From Octopus vulgaris (lineage: Eukaryota): a stretch of 64,000 bases of DNA. Position 1 is the stretch's first letter. The number at the start of each line of letters is the position of its first letter. The stretch covers positions 141,236,001 to 141,300,000 of the forward strand of contig OX597815.1 in NCBI GenBank assembly GCA_951406725.2. Reading direction: 5' to 3'. Below are positions 41,320-54,190 of the stretch, piece after piece. A program made the translations under genes and the position numbers. The notes beneath the pieces were generated by a model, which worked only from the letters and a program-made list of their open reading frames with translations, ran no database searches and had not been told where the DNA came from.

Positions 41320-41326
<7 letters not shown>

Positions 41327-41730
41327 TAAGGGTAGAAATTGATATTTATCAATTAAGACCAGTGGTCTAGCATATTAAAAGAATCCGAAGATTAAAATAT
41401 TTATATATACCAATTAAGGACTGAACACGAAAAGTGGACAGTCAACATGCTAGATATAGACGTCAAATCGTCATTCTCCACAAAAGATTATGTTCTCAGA
41501 TCAAACTCAACAATATATATATATATAAATATATACATAAAATAATAATATTAGGGAATAATTCCAAACTTACAGGGAAAAATTAGATTTAGGATTAAAT
41601 CCAATTTTATAGTATAAATATATTATATTATATTAAATTATAGATAAAACCACTATTAGGCAAATCAAACAGTGAAAAACATAAGCTAATACATAAAATT
41701 AATTTTAAAATATAAAAGTTAAATTTTAAA
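41320..41730. repeat. AT-rich interspersed repeat embedded in (TA)n, related at one end to 33690-33860
   Basis: aagggtagaaattgata...accagtggtctagcatattaa versus aagggtgagaaaattggata...accaagtggcttagtgcataa; both flanked by TA tracts. Confidence 0.5.
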
Positions 41731-41820
41731 GTACATATATATATATATGTACTTTCATGTACACGCATTAATATTCCCTGTTTCAACTAACACACGTTTA
41801 AATTTTGTGTCCTTTTTCTG

Positions 41821-41922
<102 letters not shown>

Positions 41923-41974
41923 CACACACACATACACACACACACACACACACAAATACATATATATTGTTCAA

Positions 41975-43250
41975 ATATATTGAGAAACTAAGACGAAAAC
42001 AGTTGTTGGAACAACAAGCAATTGTATTAGTTTGACACTCTGAAAAAATGGAAAGGACTTTTACGCTTCGAGTCTACAGACTTTGACGGAAAGGAATAAA
42101 ATGAACTAGAGAGAGAATGAAAAACAAAGTATTAAGTCCAGCGGTCCAGCTTGGAGTTGGTTGGAAAAAAGGGGTAGAGCTTAAATGAAGAGGATATAAT
42201 TCATTCTGGTCAAAAGAATAGCAGGAGTGCAAGCATATGTGTATGTAAGAATAGTGTGTCTGAGTGCGTAAGTGTGTATGTGCGGAGTGTGATCTGTGTA
42301 TGCATTTGTATGTGTGTGTAACGTGTGTGTGTTGTGTGGTGTGTAGCAGTTGATGTGTGCTTTTTCACGTGGTGTGTACACATGTGTATGTGCGTGTGTG
42401 TCACTGTAACCAATAGTGTGCATGTATACAGTGTATGCATGAAGGCGAAGTTTTGTCAATGTGTGTTGCGCATGGTTATGGGTGTTATGTGTGTGCATAT
42501 GTGTATATATTGTCTGTGTTCAGGTATTATGTGGCTGTGTTGGTGTGGGAGTGTGCATGATGGTGTGTGGAGTTTGTACTGAGTTAAACAATGTGTATGA
42601 CTCCTAATATAGGGGTATGTGTGGTGACTTTTTTGAAAATAGTGTGTGTGTGTGTACGGTGGTGTGTTGTGCGGGTGCTGAAAAGTCTGTGGAGGGGGGA
42701 AGGTGTTGTGGATGTGTGCAATGGTGTGTGTGAAGTGAGTGATGAGTTGAATAGTGTCTATGATTGTGTGTACAGGGGTGCGTGTGGGTAATGCTACCGA
42801 GCTGGGTGGTATGCAGATTTGTAGGTTGCGGGTGTGGGAGGTTAGTGGTAATCCGTCTGGTGTTGGCGTCAAATAAAGACAGGAGGAGAGGTTGGTCTCA
42901 GTGGAAGAGCAGCGAAGGCAAAAAAATTATATCCTGTCCACGACAAATGCGGGAGACCAGGAGGCTTCTGTGCAGAGACAATCCGAACAAAGACAGTTGT
43001 TGTAGCGAATGAGTGATAGAGCGGAAATGGCGTAAGGTCGGGGTCTCTTTGTCGTTTGTGATGACCAGGAGGTGCTCTGAGAAACGGTCAACCAAGGGGT
43101 ATCTCGTTTGACCAATATACAGGGAAGGGCAGAGAGAGAGCAAGACATGCAATAGATGACATTACTAGAGGTGCAGGTAAATGATTCAGTAGGGAAGGTA
43201 AAGGGTACCTGTGAGGATGGTAGTGATGGAGTGATATTACTTGATAAATT
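41975..43250 (-). mobile_element. Penelope-like element: GIY-YIG remnant, CA-rich 3' region and terminal repeat
   Basis: FTCTSSNVIYC.SCSLCPSLYIGQTRYPLVDRFSEHL...HFRS..HS (43190-42900); 41975-42160 is homologous to 53119-53335. Confidence 0.92.
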
Positions 43251-43390
43251 TATTCGTAAATTTTTTCCCCGACATGCCCTATATCACCGGGTATATTTTG
43301 TGTGTGCGCAGAGATTTGAAAAGTTAAGATCAGCAAGTTGTTGAGATCAACACATGGTCTAACGCGCTGCGTATCTCGATTCAATTTAGG

Positions 43391-43472
43391 CGTCTCGCTG
43401 ATGAAACCAGCCTTAGCAAATATATTCTGTGTTTTGCTAGAAAGAGGTAGTAACTGATATCAGTCCGAGATG
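43391..43472 (+). ncRNA. Type-I hammerhead fold with one core substitution (GAAA>GUAA)
   Basis: CGUCUCG-CUGAUGA-[aacc..uagcaaa/uuugcua..ggua]-GUAA-CUGAUAUCAG-UC^CGAGAUG; preceded by a Penelope-like KFFPRHALYHR fragment. Confidence 0.7.
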
Positions 43473-43563
43473 TAAAGTTATCGGTAAATGTTTTTGATTT
43501 TCACTCTAGATAAATTTATCCTCTTTTTGTGTCCCCAACAATTGACATCCTTATTTAGGATCC

Positions 43564-43642
<79 letters not shown>

Positions 43643-43672
43643 TCAAAATAAAAACATGATGTCAAGGATTCG

Positions 43673-43750
43673 GCGGTACATATGTTTTGGGCCTTTATTA
43701 GACGGATTTATAACAATGCATAATGTGTGTCTATGGCCTTCTTCAGCCGC
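43673..43750 (-). ncRNA. Degenerate type-I hammerhead between (TA)n tracts
   Basis: GCGG-CUGAAGA-AGGCC...GGCCC-AAAA-CAUAUG-UA^CCGC; the G of GAAA is lost. Confidence 0.65.
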
Positions 43751-43803
43751 GTACAATTATCAAGTATTCACCCTGAATTTTTGTATGTACATATATGTAT
43801 ATG

Positions 43804-44040
<237 letters not shown>

Positions 44041-45589
44041 GTAGGTAGGTATATAGATAGACAAGTATTATGTAAATATGTATATATGTATTTATAGAAG
44101 ATTAAATACCTATGAAATGGTGTTCTCTTTTAATAAATAAAAGTAATATTAAATATTTTATGGAAAACTAATACAGAACGAATGTTATCCCACCAGGAAT
44201 TATGTACCCATTACTTTTTATTGAAAATACACATTGCAAAATCTAGATATGAGATTCATTATGCTTATATTTCTTTGATATTTTTGGTTGCTATGATTGA
44301 GTCCTTTTGTATCTTTTTGTTGCAAGGGTTTTGATTGAGATATCCAATCTTGAGACCTACTACTCACAACTGTATTCAATGATGCAACAGACTCAATATG
44401 TTTCTCTTACATTGTCAGAGACCCTACTAACATGACATATTGCAGGTTTTTCGTCTTCTGTCTAAAGCAGAAACAAGTTATCTAATGGAATCTATGAATT
44501 ACTGATATTAAATTAGAGAATATTTTACGATTACTTGAACCACGCTTCAGCTCCGATGAAATAATTCTATGGTCAAAGATGTTTCATCCAGGAAGTTATA
44601 TACCTACAACCTCGGGGTTTGTTAATGCGTTCTTGACGTTTTAAAGCTTTGAAATACTAATATGTAGGATTGAAAAAATTAGTCGGTAACTTCTAACAGA
44701 TTCAGAAATCTAACGAATGCTATATGTTGATTTATGATGGTAGTTTGAATCTTGGAATAAGATTCGCTCAGCAGTTTCATCTTAGTAAGAATACAAACAT
44801 TAAAAGTATAAAATGAGTAAATTCAAGGATTGGCATTTAACTCAACACTACTTGCTAATGAAACATTTATAAATTCTATGATGCTTCTACTGCTTCAGCA
44901 AATTATATACCAAAAAAGAACGATATGTGTTGAGAGTTATGAGTCCAGTTGTACACCTCTTTTTTGGAGAAGATGCTCCAAGAGATTCTTTACCCTTATT
45001 TTCACTGAATTATCTGAACTAATGATAATCAAATTAAATATTGCAATATGCAAGTAAGGTCTTCTTAGAATTCACATAATTCCGCAATAAACAATTAATT
45101 ACAGTAAGTACAAAACAGAAACATTTTCTAGCTTTCTTAATCAAAATTTCCTGTAATTCATTGCTGCAAAATTGATATATGAGCTCACTCTCTTCTATGT
45201 ACTTATACACATATAAAACGTATACACATAAATACAGGATACAATATAAAACGTCAATACTTATGTCTCCGCACAAACACTCACGCAGACATTAACACCA
45301 ATATACACGCATACACATACTCAGCACTACAACTAATATTAGAACGATAGGTTATGTAGTATCAATATTCTGATAATAGTAGCAGATATTTTGTTCCACA
45401 ATATAAATATTTAATATATAACATTTCCAATAGAAAAGTGTATATTTCTTTGTAGTTTCAATAAAATACTAATCAATACTTAAAATGGAAATATCATTGA
45501 TTAAATATTTTCGTTCTGTGGAAAAGTTCCTCAGAAGGAAATAATTATATAAACTCGGTTATGTACAAGAAGCATCTATTTCTTCTCAG

Positions 45590-45679
<90 letters not shown>

Positions 45680-45777
45680 AGAGAGTTGGTATGTGAAAGC
45701 ACGTGGTTGGATGTATAAAAGACAAAAAAATAATGAAAAAACTACAGAAGGCTTGTGTTATATGGTTGAAAGTATAT

Positions 45778-46398
45778 TTAAATCGCCGGAACGATATGTA
45801 CAATAGTGTCAGAATAAAATAGCAGAAACTTTAGACTGCAAGAACGCAAAAACACCCTAATTGACAGGCACTACCCAGTTCAAGTCATCAAAGATAGAAT
45901 CAGAGGTGCAACACAAATCGACATAGAAACCTTAAGAAAAGTTCAACACAGCAACACACCTATCCCGAAAATACCGCCGTGCATATCCACATACAACCCC
46001 CAAAACAAAGACGCCTTCACCATCATCACCCAGAATTTACCAATGCTACATAAGGACCCCAAATTAAAGGAAATTTTACACATACAAAAAATCATTAAAA
46101 GCTACAAACAACCGAAATCACTAAAAAAGATCCTCACAAAGCCAAAATTACTTTCTAAAATAACGGATGCAAAAGTTAAAAAATGTGGTCGACCAAATTA
46201 TGCAACATGCCCAAAACTTCTAGAAAGATCAGTATTCTCTTCAAAGAGGGACAAAAATTCGAAGTCAAATCTAATTTAGCCTGTGCTTCAAAAAACCTGA
46301 TTTATGTCGTAAGATGCTCGGCCTGCCACCAAAAACTACATAGGGTCCACGGATTATCGCTCAGACAGCATCGACAGCAGATTGCATTCCCAGAATGC
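45778..46398 (+). mobile_element. Penelope-like element fragment (RT thumb, linker and start of GIY-YIG)
   Basis: ICTIVS..., LIDRHYP, STYNP, NLPMLHKDPKLKEIL...KQPKSLKKILT, KKCGRPNYATC, CASKNLIYVVRCSAC.QNYIG; lies between (TA)n tracts. Confidence 0.9.
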
Positions 46399-46558
46399 AT
46401 ATATATATATTTCTATTAGAGTAACTCCCCCTTTATTCAGCGATTTTTCATAGCGTCTATTGCCATTAATAGCCGACGAGAATGCATCGTAACTCCCCTC
46501 TGCATTTGTTCTCTTAGTACTATAATGGCAACTTAAAGATTGTCCTAATCTAGGAATT

Positions 46559-46624
<66 letters not shown>

Positions 46625-46627
<3 letters not shown>

Positions 46628-47095
46628 AATATAGGATGAAATTTTTTGAATAAAATTCTATGAATGGCCAGCATATTAAAAAATACCTTTAAATTTTAAA
46701 TTTATAAACAAGGGCAAAAGAAAAAAATCTAATTATCGTATCAGTCCCAATTACAGAGTTAATTCATGAGAATCTTCTCCCCGTCAACAATAAATACGGT
46801 AAGAAATAAATGAAATACTTACTTTTACCCATGGAGGAAGCAAACACGAAGTCATGAGCACATTTAAGTACCCCAAACAAATCCAAAATAGAAATTCTCC
46901 AGCACACCTCGAGACACGTGCGATCGGACTGAAAACTCTCATAGAGTGAGAGTCTGGAAGTGAACACTATTAAATTTACATCTAATATAGGATAAGATTT
47001 TGGGAAAAATTCTATGAATTTCCAGCATATTAAAAAAAAAACCTTTATAGGTTAAATTCATAAACAGCTTATAAACAAGGTCAAAAGATAAAAAT
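46625..47095. repeat. ~355-bp unit with partial tandem second copy, starting at a (TA)n tract
   Basis: 46625-46728 aligns with 46981-47095 (tctaatataggat..aaaattctatgaat..ccagcatattaaaaaa.acctttа..tataaacaagg.caaaaga). Confidence 0.75.
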
Positions 47096-47139
47096 ATATG
47101 TGTGTGTGTGTGTGTGTATGTATATATATGTATAAAAAT

Positions 47140-47990
47140 ATATATAAAAATACAAAATGGGACAAGAACGCAAAACATTCAAATAGGCGATACAAAATAC
47201 GGACGGGTCATTCGAAGCCTCTAATCTTCAGTCAAGAACCGGATCATCCTCGCAATTTCGGCTGATTAATCTTGAGATTGCTCCGATCTGGCCAGCCCCA
47301 AGGAAAAACTAAGCTACGAGCATTAGATTTATTGGAAAAAGGATCGAATGTATACGAAACAAGGACAGAAAAACGGACGATGTTACACGAATATAAATAC
47401 AAAAAAACAAAACGTAATACGAATATAAATACAAAAAACAATAATAAAAATAATAACAGGAAAAAACAACTGCCGTCTTTCTACTTTAGACAGTTCAACT
47501 TGGCTGGCGTATTTGAAAAATAATGCCTTACGGCAGACGAAAGTATCGGTGTTGTTGTGGCGCTGGTCAGAATCCGAAACGCTATAGTTGACTGGCGGTC
47601 ACGTGAGAAGAGAACAGAGAGAAAAAAGGGGCAAAGGAATTAAAGAGAGGGAGAAGAGAGAGAAAAAGAGGGACAAAGGTATCAAGGAAGCCGAGAAGAG
47701 AGAGAAAGAATGAATTAAGGAGAGGGAGAAGAAAAAGAGCGTGCCAAGGATTGGCGGGACGAAAGAGACGAAAGAAAGGCAGGGTCAGTGAAGTGCAGCG
47801 TAAGAAAGGCAGAGAAATGTGAGAGAGTGGGGAAAGAGGAGACCAAAGAATCAAAGAGGCGAGAAAAGAGAAAGACAGAGACAAGTGAAGTACAGAGAAA
47901 GAGTGTGTAGAAGTCGTACAAAGTTTAGTGGAATGCTTACATACATAAGGGAACAAGGTGTACGTACGCCGCAATACTATATTTATAAAA
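47140..47990 (-). mobile_element. Non-coding interspersed element in (TA)n with a long CT-rich tract; probably Penelope-derived
   Basis: GC-richer island bounded by TA tracts; architecture (pyrimidine tract then gttttgcgttcttgtccc end) resembles 57890-58545. Confidence 0.45.
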
Positions 47991-48005
47991 ATATATATAA
48001 AAAAT

Positions 48006-48053
<48 letters not shown>

Positions 48054-48107
48054 TATGTATATATAAATGTATATATATATATACATATATATATACATAT
48101 ATATATA

Positions 48108-48156
<49 letters not shown>

Positions 48157-51100
48157 ATTCATATACATATATTCATATACATATATTTTTGTGAGTGCAC
48201 GTGTGCGTGTGAAAGTGTATATGTTTGTATATGTGTGCGTGTGTATCGTTATATATTTGAGTTAAAAGTTTCCAAAGAATTATTCGCTCCGTTTGTGCCC
48301 ATTTTAATGGATACTAATGAGACAATATAGAATCATCTTCACTGAACGTTCAGAATTTTGCTCTAATAATATATGCTAGTGATTATTGGATTTATAAGAA
48401 ATACGATGAATAGACATTGAAAGATTCCTGTTTGATAGAATGTTATGTCTCATTTAATACACGTTAAACATTAAATGGGATTTTAGTGCATAATATTTGT
48501 TGCAATATTTTTACCCTACGATCAATGAATGCATAGTCCAAATTCAGGATGCACATACACACCGTTAACACACACTTATACACACACGCAACAAAGATAC
48601 ATGTGTGTGAGTGTATGTTTATGTGTGTGTGTGTGTGTTTGTGTGTGTGTACGCACGCGTGTGCGTACATATAAGTTTTTCCAGTTTCCAAATATGAGGA
48701 ATTTCTCTTTCTCCGGTACAATGAATAAACTAAAACAATTTGATGAAAGATATATATATAAGAGTTTAAAATTACGCATTTAGGAGTTTACTGTTCGTTT
48801 GATTTTGATATATGTAATCACAAATAGTTGGCTATAATTATGGCAATGGATTGGTAAAACGTTCAGAGCAGCAGGAGACAAAATGTCTTGCAATATTTAG
48901 TTACTGCGGTTTATATTCCGTGTTCAAATATGCCTGACCACAACTTTGTCTTTCATCTTTCAGTCAATTACCAGTCACGTGCTGTATTCTATTATATTGC
49001 CCTTCTTATTACGAAAATGTATATCATTATGATATTGTTAGCAATCAATATTTTATCACAAGATTTAGTGGGAAGCGTTGGGTATTTGTTTTATTAATAT
49101 GAGCTGGCAGTTTCGTGGAGCGTCAGTGAGAAAAAGACAGTTTAGAAGAACATTGAGTTGTAGTTTCAAGTTGCATTGAACTATGTAGTAGCAGTCTGGT
49201 GAACAGTTGAAGATTGATTTCCCATCATGCAACATTAGTGGAGCATCGAATTATGCGTTGTTTGGATGATGGAGGTTGATGAAGATATCTTGCTGAATAC
49301 TCCTTCAGTGAATGACTTTGTGGATTCAACACTTACCATGTTTAACTTCACCTTTCTTCAGTCTGGAATTGTTAAGTTGATCAGACAAATGAATTATATT
49401 GGACAAAATTTCAAGCATAATTATTGGATGACTGTCCATTTAAAATAATAAATTGTAACGAAGAAAATCAATGAATTTTTGGAATCGTAAGAATGTTGAA
49501 TAGAATGCCGTTAGTTTTTGATCAAGCTGTTTGTCGTTTGAGTTCAAATTCAAAGTAACCAAGGTGCACTATAAATACAAGGCCAGTGAAAAGGATGAGA
49601 CTGGGAGATTATTAAATTCGAGATACTTCATCATAGCTGATTCGGATGCTTGCCTTTTGGTTTCAAATTCCGCTTGATTACTAGCTTTGCTTTGAAGAGA
49701 TTAAATATCTAATAACACACTTAAGGAGGAGTCCGCTTCAGCTACATCTTGTTTTCATAAAAACGCATGGCTGCAGACCCTGTACTAAAGTGAGTTAAAC
49801 GCAAGGCTTAAGTTATAGTAAGTGTAATAACGATACAACTTAAGAAGTTACTACAGGAAAACTTTCACTCGCCATTAAACAGCACACATTGCTCACTGAC
49901 TCATTAAATCGTTATTCTATTGCTACATGCACAATCCAGTTTATTCTCATCAACTGTAGTCTATCTACTCGCTTTTACCTTCATCTCTGATGCTTCTTAT
50001 GAAATGCATCCTTATCTAAACTCTACTCTAATTTCAAATAAACAAATATTGACTATTTCAACTCTGTCGTACACCGTCACAACGTATAGAAAACAATCTC
50101 TCTTTTGTCTAGGAGTGTGTATACCAAGTTACATAATGAGTATGATCAATAAAAATATTAATCTCTCAACAGTTTACTGCTAAATAACTCATGCTACATT
50201 TCTTTAGAAAAGATTTGTTCTCTTATATTCATAGGATGATACCAGTATTGGACTTTAACATCTTTGAGCAATGTAGCTGTGTCTTCAGTGTAAAATAAAA
50301 TTGCATTTTCAAAACTCGTAAATCAACACACCATATTCCTCTTATTAAGCAAGCGGAGTCTAACACACTTATTACATGTTACTGTCGTTATATCAATTAG
50401 TTGTATGAATAAATCGATAAGTAATAAACTTTTTAATAAAAATTTATGAAAGAAACTACACTTTGAACAGGAAAATACCATTTATAAATAAGCAGACATG
50501 GTATGTAGAGAAAATTGTCATTTTCAATACTTTTTGCCCACAAATAACCGTGTTGATCATTCAATCTCTTTTCCCGGTATTTTTATACCTATTAGTTTTA
50601 TTATAGCTCTCACTAGGTGCTTCATCAAGATCTGATGGCGATAATAATGCCTTTTATTCGATATGAAGGAAACGGTGATAGCATCTCTTCCATAGCACAA
50701 TTTATTTTAACCGAAATTCTCATACTTTTTATTGAACACTTCTGATTTTAAATTAAATTAACTATCATTTTTACCTTTTATACCGCTAATGTGTTTAAAA
50801 TATGATAAAGGTTATCATATTTTTAATGACTTCTATAATGATTATTAGTCTTAAACTTCAAATTAGTTTTTGATGTGATGAGTCTAAGTTAGCGCTTAAT
50901 GGGTTATAAAGTCTAGTGTCGTTTAAATGTTAAATATTGTGATCTACTCCATGGTGTTACTGTTGGAACGTTGTCTCATATTCATGGAAACAAAAATAAT
51001 ATAACTAAAAGCATAACAATTATTCTACGAAAGTACTAGAACACACTACTTCTCTGACACTACCAATATTTCAGATAATCCTAAGAGCATAGAAAGTATA

Positions 51101-51635
51101 GCGATTATGTTCCTCTGCCTTTTCAAATATTTAGCAATTTCAGAAAATTTCCTTGATGCTAAGGATCGAAACATTTGATGTTCTTCTGGAACAATTATTG
51201 CTCATATGCCTTCCCTTAAATCTTTGTTTCATTACTCTTTTGGTTACATTTAAGATGCAGGATTACAGTTAATACACCCAATTTACCATGTTATATCAAA
51301 CAATTCCACTACTATTTGCTGCACTGCATTTCGTAATATTAATTGATGAAGACACTAGTTTTAAGTGAATTAATATGCGACGGAGAGAAGGTTGTAACTT
51401 AGTGTTCACGTTTTAAAAGTAAAGAGGTGAAATTTAGTAGAACTCTGTCATGTTCATCATAAATATAGCGAAAAAGAAGTGATTAATTAGATTTAATAAC
51501 CAGTACGTGGTAAACACGGTGGTACAATTTAATGCTGTTGATAAAAAAAAAAATTAAAATTTTCAAAGTAAATATATTCCGAAAATTTTGCTGTAAACCG
51601 ATGTTATATATTTTCTGTTTATTTGTATAACTAAT

Positions 51636-51696
51636 ATTATTGTTGTTGTTATTGCTATTGTTATTGTTATTATTATTATTATCATTATCATCATCA

Positions 51697-51778
<82 letters not shown>
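51636..51778. repeat. (ATT)n/(ATC)n microsatellite
   Basis: Direct reading. Confidence 0.97.
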
Positions 51779-51780
<2 letters not shown>

Positions 51781-52479
51781 GAAGAATATATCTGCTCATT
51801 AGAAGCAGTAAATGACTTCCTTCCATTTTATAAATATATCATATAACGCTAAACAAAAATTTATATTATATAAAAACCCATTTCTGTTTTGCTAATTATA
51901 TCAAACATTTATCTAATTAGTTTTGTTATGTGATCTAATTTGCAATTAGATTGTCATGTTATCAAAGATTTAAATAAAATCTACTTTTCATGATAATTTC
52001 CATATATAATGTTGACAAAAATATAAAATTTATGACATAATGTTTTTTTGTCTGTATTTCTTGAAGTTATGAAAAAGAGAAATATATAAATAAGACGATA
52101 AATCCGATACTGATTTTACAATTGGGATTTGAGGCATTCATTTTGCATAGTATAGAAAATATTTATAATCAATAATCACATATTTTTAATCAATATTACA
52201 AAAAAAACAATATCGCCTAAAATGTACAATAAAATATCCTGTGTAATCAATTTTTAAGTAAACAAGTAGACAGTAATTTCAATTTTAATTTCCCCACATA
52301 TAAGTTTCGTGACAATGGCTTAATAGATCAAATTGCGAAATCGTTCTTGAACAGACGTAAAGTAAAATCAAAATGAATTATAGGAAGTACCTATTCTTGA
52401 AAACAGCCATTTCAATGTAATTGAAATACTCATGTTGAAAGATAATAGTACGAAATTATTACCTCGGTTTTGTCATTTT

Positions 52480-52940
52480 GTTAGCAGTAGAACAGGAGAG
52501 CCTATCTTTTTCGAAGAAACTTAATGTCTGGTAAATGAAGAATTTAGACTGAAACTTGCATTCTAGACCGAATAGAAAGGCACACAATCTCGGTAATGAT
52601 GTCAAGTGTGAACAGAGATTGCTTATAAGTTAACATTAAAGACGTCCAAGACACAGACTTAAACAAAGTTTTCGTATACTACATTCCACTGAAAACATTT
52701 GGTAGGGTTGAGAATAGACGAAAATGCACTTCTCTAAATTACGACGCAATAGAAACATAACATATCTGGGAAGAGACTACCTTAAACACACGGTCATGTC
52801 TTAGCTCATCTTTCAGTTCTTGCTCATCTTTCAGTCCTATCAGGCAGAACTGAGAAATTTCTTGTGAGAAATATTTGAAGGATAATTTTACGCATTTCCT
52901 GCAAAGTGTATTATTCCGGTGTCGTTCTTTGTTCATTATC
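52480..52940 (-). mobile_element. Possible decayed hAT (Charlie/Buster-type) transposase C-terminal fragment
   Basis: [14 protein letters not shown]...TYKQSLFTLDII...RSRM...PDIKFLRKR*A resembles the ELxELxxD..LK / TYxCExxFSxL..K..RSRL / PDIxxL...Q dimerisation region. Confidence 0.45.
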
Positions 52941-52995
52941 AGTTCACGATAGAGTATATATATATGTATATATATATGAGTATATATATATATGA

Positions 52996-53070
<75 letters not shown>

Positions 53071-53118
53071 TATATAGATATAGATAGATATAGATATATA
53101 TATATATATATAGATATA

Positions 53119-53329
53119 TCAGGACGCCATGATAGATCGTTAGCTCCTACACGCATTTTTCTCTCCTTTTTTCTCTTCTTGTTTCTCTCCATGTTTTTAT
53201 TTCTGTGTATCTTTCTGTAGAAGAGCGTGGGCTCGAAACTTAAAAGACTTTTTTATTCCTGAGCGCTATACTAATACATTTGTTTGTACTCCACCTGCCT
53301 TCGTCTTTTGTTTATTTTCGTAAACTTCT

Positions 53330-53335
<6 letters not shown>
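53119..53335 (+). mobile_element. Solo Penelope terminal-repeat-like unit inside (TA)n, with variant minimal hammerhead
   Basis: Homologous to the reverse complement of 41975-42160; UCUUU-CUGUAGA-AGAGC-GUGG-GCUC-GAAA-CUUA-AAAGA at 53210-53247; TA tracts on both sides. Confidence 0.75.
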
Positions 53336-53386
<51 letters not shown>

Positions 53387-53809
53387 TGCAGTAGTACTGT
53401 TATATAGATGCAGAAAGAAATATATTTAACATGAAGTATATATAAAGTTCACGGGAGTGTGTGTCATTTTAATCAAATTGATTTATGCAGCATTTCATAT
53501 CTACATTGTTGGTAGTGGTCATTATTATTATTATATTATTATTTACGTTTAACTTGCATGTTCGTTACAATCACTTGCCGAGTGAATGATAAGAGAGGTT
53601 ACAGATTCACTGAGAGGTTAGAGAGGGGTAGTGACAGGCGCAGTAGCGAAATATCTTCATGTATACAACACAGACGTTCAGATGAATAGGGATTTTCTAA
53701 GTATGTGGGTAGTACTTGTCTGTACAATTTTGGGGATTGCTCTGAGACTTAGTTATCATCATCATCATAATCGGCGTCGTTGTCGTCGTAGTCATCATCA
53801 TCATTTTTA

Positions 53810-53965
<156 letters not shown>

Positions 53966-54029
53966 TATTCGAAAGCATTTAGAAAAATCTTCCGGTCTTC
54001 GATACTGATTCTCTACACGTTCATGAGAT

Positions 54030-54190
54030 TTGTTGGCTTCTCCTCTCTTCGGTACATTAATCTATTCAGATTGTTGGCGCAGCTTTTCATTATTGTCACA
54101 CGTCAAATTGTGCATGCTCTATTGATATTAAGTGACGGTTTCTTTTGTGAGTGATGTGAGAAGACCTCAACATTCTCTTTCTGCCAAATG
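54030..54190 (-). mobile_element. Possible RTE LINE 3' fragment
   Basis: RMLRSSHITHKRN resembles the RTE C-terminal RMLRISW..HKTNE motif. Confidence 0.4.

Noticed and set aside
47200-47240. Minus-strand CUGAAGA...UUCGAAUGAC as a hammerhead
   Set aside because: Stem II does not pair and GAAA is incomplete.
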